From NCBI GenBank assembly GCA_964551375.1, contig CAZKBG010000004.1, positions 1 through 6,368 of the forward strand: DNA of 6,368 nucleotides, given 5' to 3'. Source of the stretch: an uncultured archaeon. GTDB taxonomy: Archaea; Iainarchaeota; Iainarchaeia; Iainarchaeales; JAAZKV01. Shown here one piece after another: positions 4,378 through 6,368 of this stretch. The notes under the pieces are model-generated. The model did no database searches. It was not told the origin of the DNA and worked only from the letters and a program-made list of their open reading frames with translations. The position numbers and the translations under genes are program-made. Each line of letters starts with the position of its first letter. Positions within the stretch are counted from its first letter, which is position 1.

Positions 4378-5820
4378 ATGAGACGAGCGGATTTGATGAA
4401 GAAAATAAAAGAAGCAAGAGAAATAGTTGAAGCAAAGACTGCTAAAAAAGTCCACTCTGAAGGAGAAGTTAAGGAAAAAAAACCAAGAGCAAAAAAAACG
4501 GCGGAACACAGTGTCGCAGTTTCGCCCCCTCAAGAAGAGAAAAAAGAAAAAACTCCTAAAGAAGAAACTCATTCCCACGCTCATGCTCCAAAAGCAAAAA
4601 AAGGCGCTCATGAGAAAGAAGCAAAAGAAGTTCTTCAATCCGAAATAAATATCGGAATGATTGGACACGTTGATCATGGCAAAACATCATTAACAAAAGC
4701 GCTAACAGGCAAATGGTGCGATACACACAGCGAAGAAATGAAAAGAGGAATCTCAATTCGTCTCGGGTACGCTGATGTAGTATTCTACAAATTAAAAACC
4801 GACAACGGAACTGTTTACTCAAACAAGCCTGAATATAACGGCAAACCTGCTGAAGTTGTTTCAAAAAGAAATGTGAGCTTTGTTGATGCTCCAGGTCACG
4901 AAACACTAATGACAACAATGCTTTCAGGGGCTGCTTTAATGAACGGAGCAGTGCTTGTAATTGCGGCAAACGAACCATGCCCTCAGCCAAGAACTGTTGA
5001 ACACTTAATGGCGCTAAAATTTGCAGGAGTGGAAAAAGTTGTTGTTGCGCAAAACAAAGTTGATTTGATTACAAAAGAGCAGGCAATAATAAACCATAAA
5101 GCAATACGCAACTTCCTAGACAGCTACGGCTATAAAGACGCTCCAATAATTCCAACAGCAGCAAACTTCGGGGCAAATATTGATTCTTTAATTGAAGCAA
5201 TTGAAACGCACATTCCCACTCCAAACTTTGACACTTCAAAGCCGCTAAAAATGTTTATTGCAAGAAGCTTTGACATAAACAAACCCGGAACAAAAATAAA
5301 AGACTTAAAAGGCGCAATAATGGGCGGAAGCATTTCCCAAGGAACAATAAATGTAGGCGATGAACTTGAACTTGCCCCAGGACTTGAAGGGCCGACAAGA
5401 ACAAAAGTAATAAGCATTTCAACCGACCACGGATTAATGAGCCAAGCTCATCCCGGCGGATTAATTGCTGTAGGAACAGACCTCGACCCAAGCATGGGAC
5501 AAAATGACAGACTAAGAGGACAGATTGTTGGAAAAGTCGGGACACTTCCTAAGCCAGTAAAAGAACTAAACCTAAAAGTAAATATGTTTGAAAGAATGCT
5601 TGAACAAAACAGCAAAGAAAAAACAGTAATAAAAGCAACTGATCCGCTTGTAATAACAATAGGGACAAACACAGCAGTTGGATTTGTGATAAAAGCAGAT
5701 TCAAAATCATGCCTTTTAAATTTGAAAAATGAAGTAATCGCCGAAAAGAATGAAAAAGTGGCTATCAGCAAAAACATTGCAGGGCAGTGGAGATTAATTG
5801 CATTTGGAGAAGTGCAGTAA
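4378..5820 (+). CDS. eif2g: Translation initiation factor aIF2 gamma subunit, with an N-terminal Lys/Glu-rich extension of about 80 aa
   Basis: 480 aa. The protein is collinear with archaeal aIF2-gamma from residue ~88 onward: EINIGMIGHVDHGKTSLTKALTG (G1), HSEEMKRGISIRLGYA, FVDAPGHE (G3), ANEPCPQPRTVEHL, QNKVDL (G4), ARSFDINKPGT, GGSI.QG, and IAGQWRLIAFG at the C-terminus. The only in-frame starts upstream of G1 are ATG 4378, TTG 4393 and ATG 4396. Confidence 0.93.
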   Translation: MRRADLMKKIKEAREIVEAKTAKKVHSEGEVKEKKPRAKKTAEHSVAVSPPQEEKKEKTPKEETHSHAHAPKAKKGAHEKEAKEVLQSEINIGMIGHVDHGKTSLTKALTGKWCDTHSEEMKRGISIRLGYADVVFYKLKTDNGTVYSNKPEYNGKPAEVVSKRNVSFVDAPGHETLMTTMLSGAALMNGAVLVIAANEPCPQPRTVEHLMALKFAGVEKVVVAQNKVDLITKEQAIINHKAIRNFLDSYGYKDAPIIPTAANFGANIDSLIEAIETHIPTPNFDTSKPLKMFIARSFDINKPGTKIKDLKGAIMGGSISQGTINVGDELELAPGLEGPTRTKVISISTDHGLMSQAHPGGLIAVGTDLDPSMGQNDRLRGQIVGKVGTLPKPVKELNLKVNMFERMLEQNSKEKTVIKATDPLVITIGTNTAVGFVIKADSKSCLLNLKNEVIAEKNEKVAISKNIAGQWRLIAFGEVQ

Positions 5821-5860
5821 GGTTAATTTTTAGCAAAGTTATAAAATTAGGCGCGATAAA

Positions 5861-6250
5861 ATGGCTGAAAAAGTCAAAGTAATGCTTGATACTAATTTTC
5901 TGCTCACGATGGTGAGGCACAAAATCCACGGATTTGACGAAATAAAGCAAAAACTCCCTTGTGAATTTTATATTCTAAGCAGAGTACTGTTTGAACTTGC
6001 GGGCTTAGGAAAAAGCGATAAAAAAGTGAAAAAAGAAGTCGCAATAGTTGAACAGCTTTTGAAGAACAACAATGTTAAAGTAATAGAAAGCAAACTTGAA
6101 AGCGTGGACACTGAACTAGTAGGACTCGCAGGCGAATACATTGTGGCAACCAACGATAAAGAGCTGCGAAGAAGGGTAAAAATCGCCGGCGGAAAGACAA
6201 TATTTATCAGAAGCCTAACTTACGTTGACGTGGAAGACCTTGTTGAATAA
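5861..6250 (+). CDS. PIN-domain endoribonuclease of the Fcf1/Utp24-like archaeal family (conserved neighbour of aIF2-gamma)
   Basis: 129 aa. VMLDTNFLL (first acidic residue), LFELAG, and IVATNDKELRRRVK, which resembles the Fcf1 CVAT.D..L+RR motif. Its position directly after aIF2-gamma matches the conserved archaeal arrangement. The start is ATG 5861, with ATG 5882 as an alternative. Confidence 0.8.
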   Translation: MAEKVKVMLDTNFLLTMVRHKIHGFDEIKQKLPCEFYILSRVLFELAGLGKSDKKVKKEVAIVEQLLKNNNVKVIESKLESVDTELVGLAGEYIVATNDKELRRRVKIAGGKTIFIRSLTYVDVEDLVE

Positions 6251-6268
6251 AATTGGCAGAATCTGGGA

Positions 6269-6307
6269 TTTTTAGCAGTTTAAGCAAGTTTAGGGCAACT
6301 AAATTTT
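6269..6307. terminator. Possible terminator region after the PIN gene (T5 run plus a weak AT-rich hairpin)
   Basis: TTTTT lies at 6269-6273, 19 nt after the stop. AGTTTAG (6287-6293) can pair with CTAAATT (6299-6305) as 7 bp including one G-U, with the loop GGCAA, followed by TT. The evidence is weak because the region is AT-rich. Confidence 0.25.
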
Positions 6308-6368
6308 AGACCAAAAGGCATGGTTTTTAAACATGGCGTTTAGATAATTTAATAATCCGCTCCTTAGC

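Noticed and set aside
2025-4401. The 9-mer TTGATGAAG occurs at or near the starts of both initiation-factor GTPase genes (2025-2033 and 4393-4401).
   Set aside because: Repeated 9-mers are expected many times by chance in a 6.4-kb AT-rich window. No extended similarity or structure surrounds the two copies.
4427-4648. A + strand 73-aa Lys-rich ORF overlapping the aIF2-gamma N-terminal extension in another frame.
   Set aside because: It is a frame-shifted reading of the same A-rich low-complexity sequence. It has no SD or promoter, and the aIF2-gamma frame runs continuously into the GTPase domain. It would only matter if an indel in the A8 runs were demonstrated.
5839-5848. TTATAAAATT as a promoter for the PIN gene.
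   Set aside because: It is only 13-22 nt upstream of ATG 5861, which is too close for normal archaeal TATA-TSS spacing. It would only work with the internal ATG 5882, which would truncate the first beta-strand of the PIN domain. It is probably just AT-rich spacer.
117-6153. All minus-strand ORFs in the six-frame track (for example 117-410, 2083-2439, 3848-4162, 4273-4677, 4556-4990, 5448-5777, 5968-6153).
   Set aside because: Each lies entirely antisense to a confidently identified + strand gene. Their products are low-complexity and rich in F, L and S, as expected for the reverse complement of K/E-rich coding sequence. None has a recognisable motif or a start-site signal.
6299-6368. Open reading frames entering from the right edge on the minus strand. 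One ends at 6327 (...AKERIIKLSKRHV*) and another ends at 6299 (...LRSGLLNYLNAMFKNHAFWSKI*). They could be the 3' end of a convergent gene.
   Set aside because: Only 13-22 codons are visible, two frames are equally open, and neither has a recognisable motif. A gene cannot be supported from this window alone.
6251-6368. Searched the terminal non-coding stretch, and the other spacers, for tRNA or other structured RNA genes.
   Set aside because: No T-arm or D-arm consensus such as GTTCRAATC is present, and there is no acceptor-stem complementarity or extended GC-rich helices. Only weak AT hairpins are visible.

Overview
The window is a tightly packed block of archaeal translation genes, all on the + strand, in an AT-rich genome. 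The lineage cannot be fixed from sequence alone; a small-genome, DPANN-like archaeon is only a guess. The gene order is L7Ae, S28e, L24e, NDK, a short NDK-like ORF, aIF5B, S6e, aIF2-gamma, and an Fcf1-like PIN nuclease. Apart from the NDK-like ORF, this is the well-known conserved archaeal cluster, so most of the window is ordinary core genome. I see no tRNA or rRNA genes, CRISPR array, transposon or defence system, and every minus-strand ORF in the track looks like an antisense shadow of a + strand gene. Five observations deserve a second look. (1) ORF 1515-1988, between ndk and aIF5B, aligns by hand to the adjacent NDK. It lacks the Kpn loop and several catalytic residues, so it looks like a degenerate tandem paralogue. 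(2) aIF2-gamma carries an N-terminal Lys/Glu/His-rich extension of about 80 residues, and no alternative in-frame start would remove it. It also has none of the four cysteines of the usual zinc knuckle. (3) A candidate k-turn stem-loop lies in the L7Ae leader directly against its Shine-Dalgarno sequence, which fits the reported L7Ae autoregulation. (4) aIF5B has a TKID G4 motif instead of NKxD. (5) A repeat and hairpin arrangement sits at the L24e stop codon, followed by an oligo-T tract and a TATA-like box. All functional calls rest on my own recognition of the translated sequences and on hand alignment; no database searches were run.
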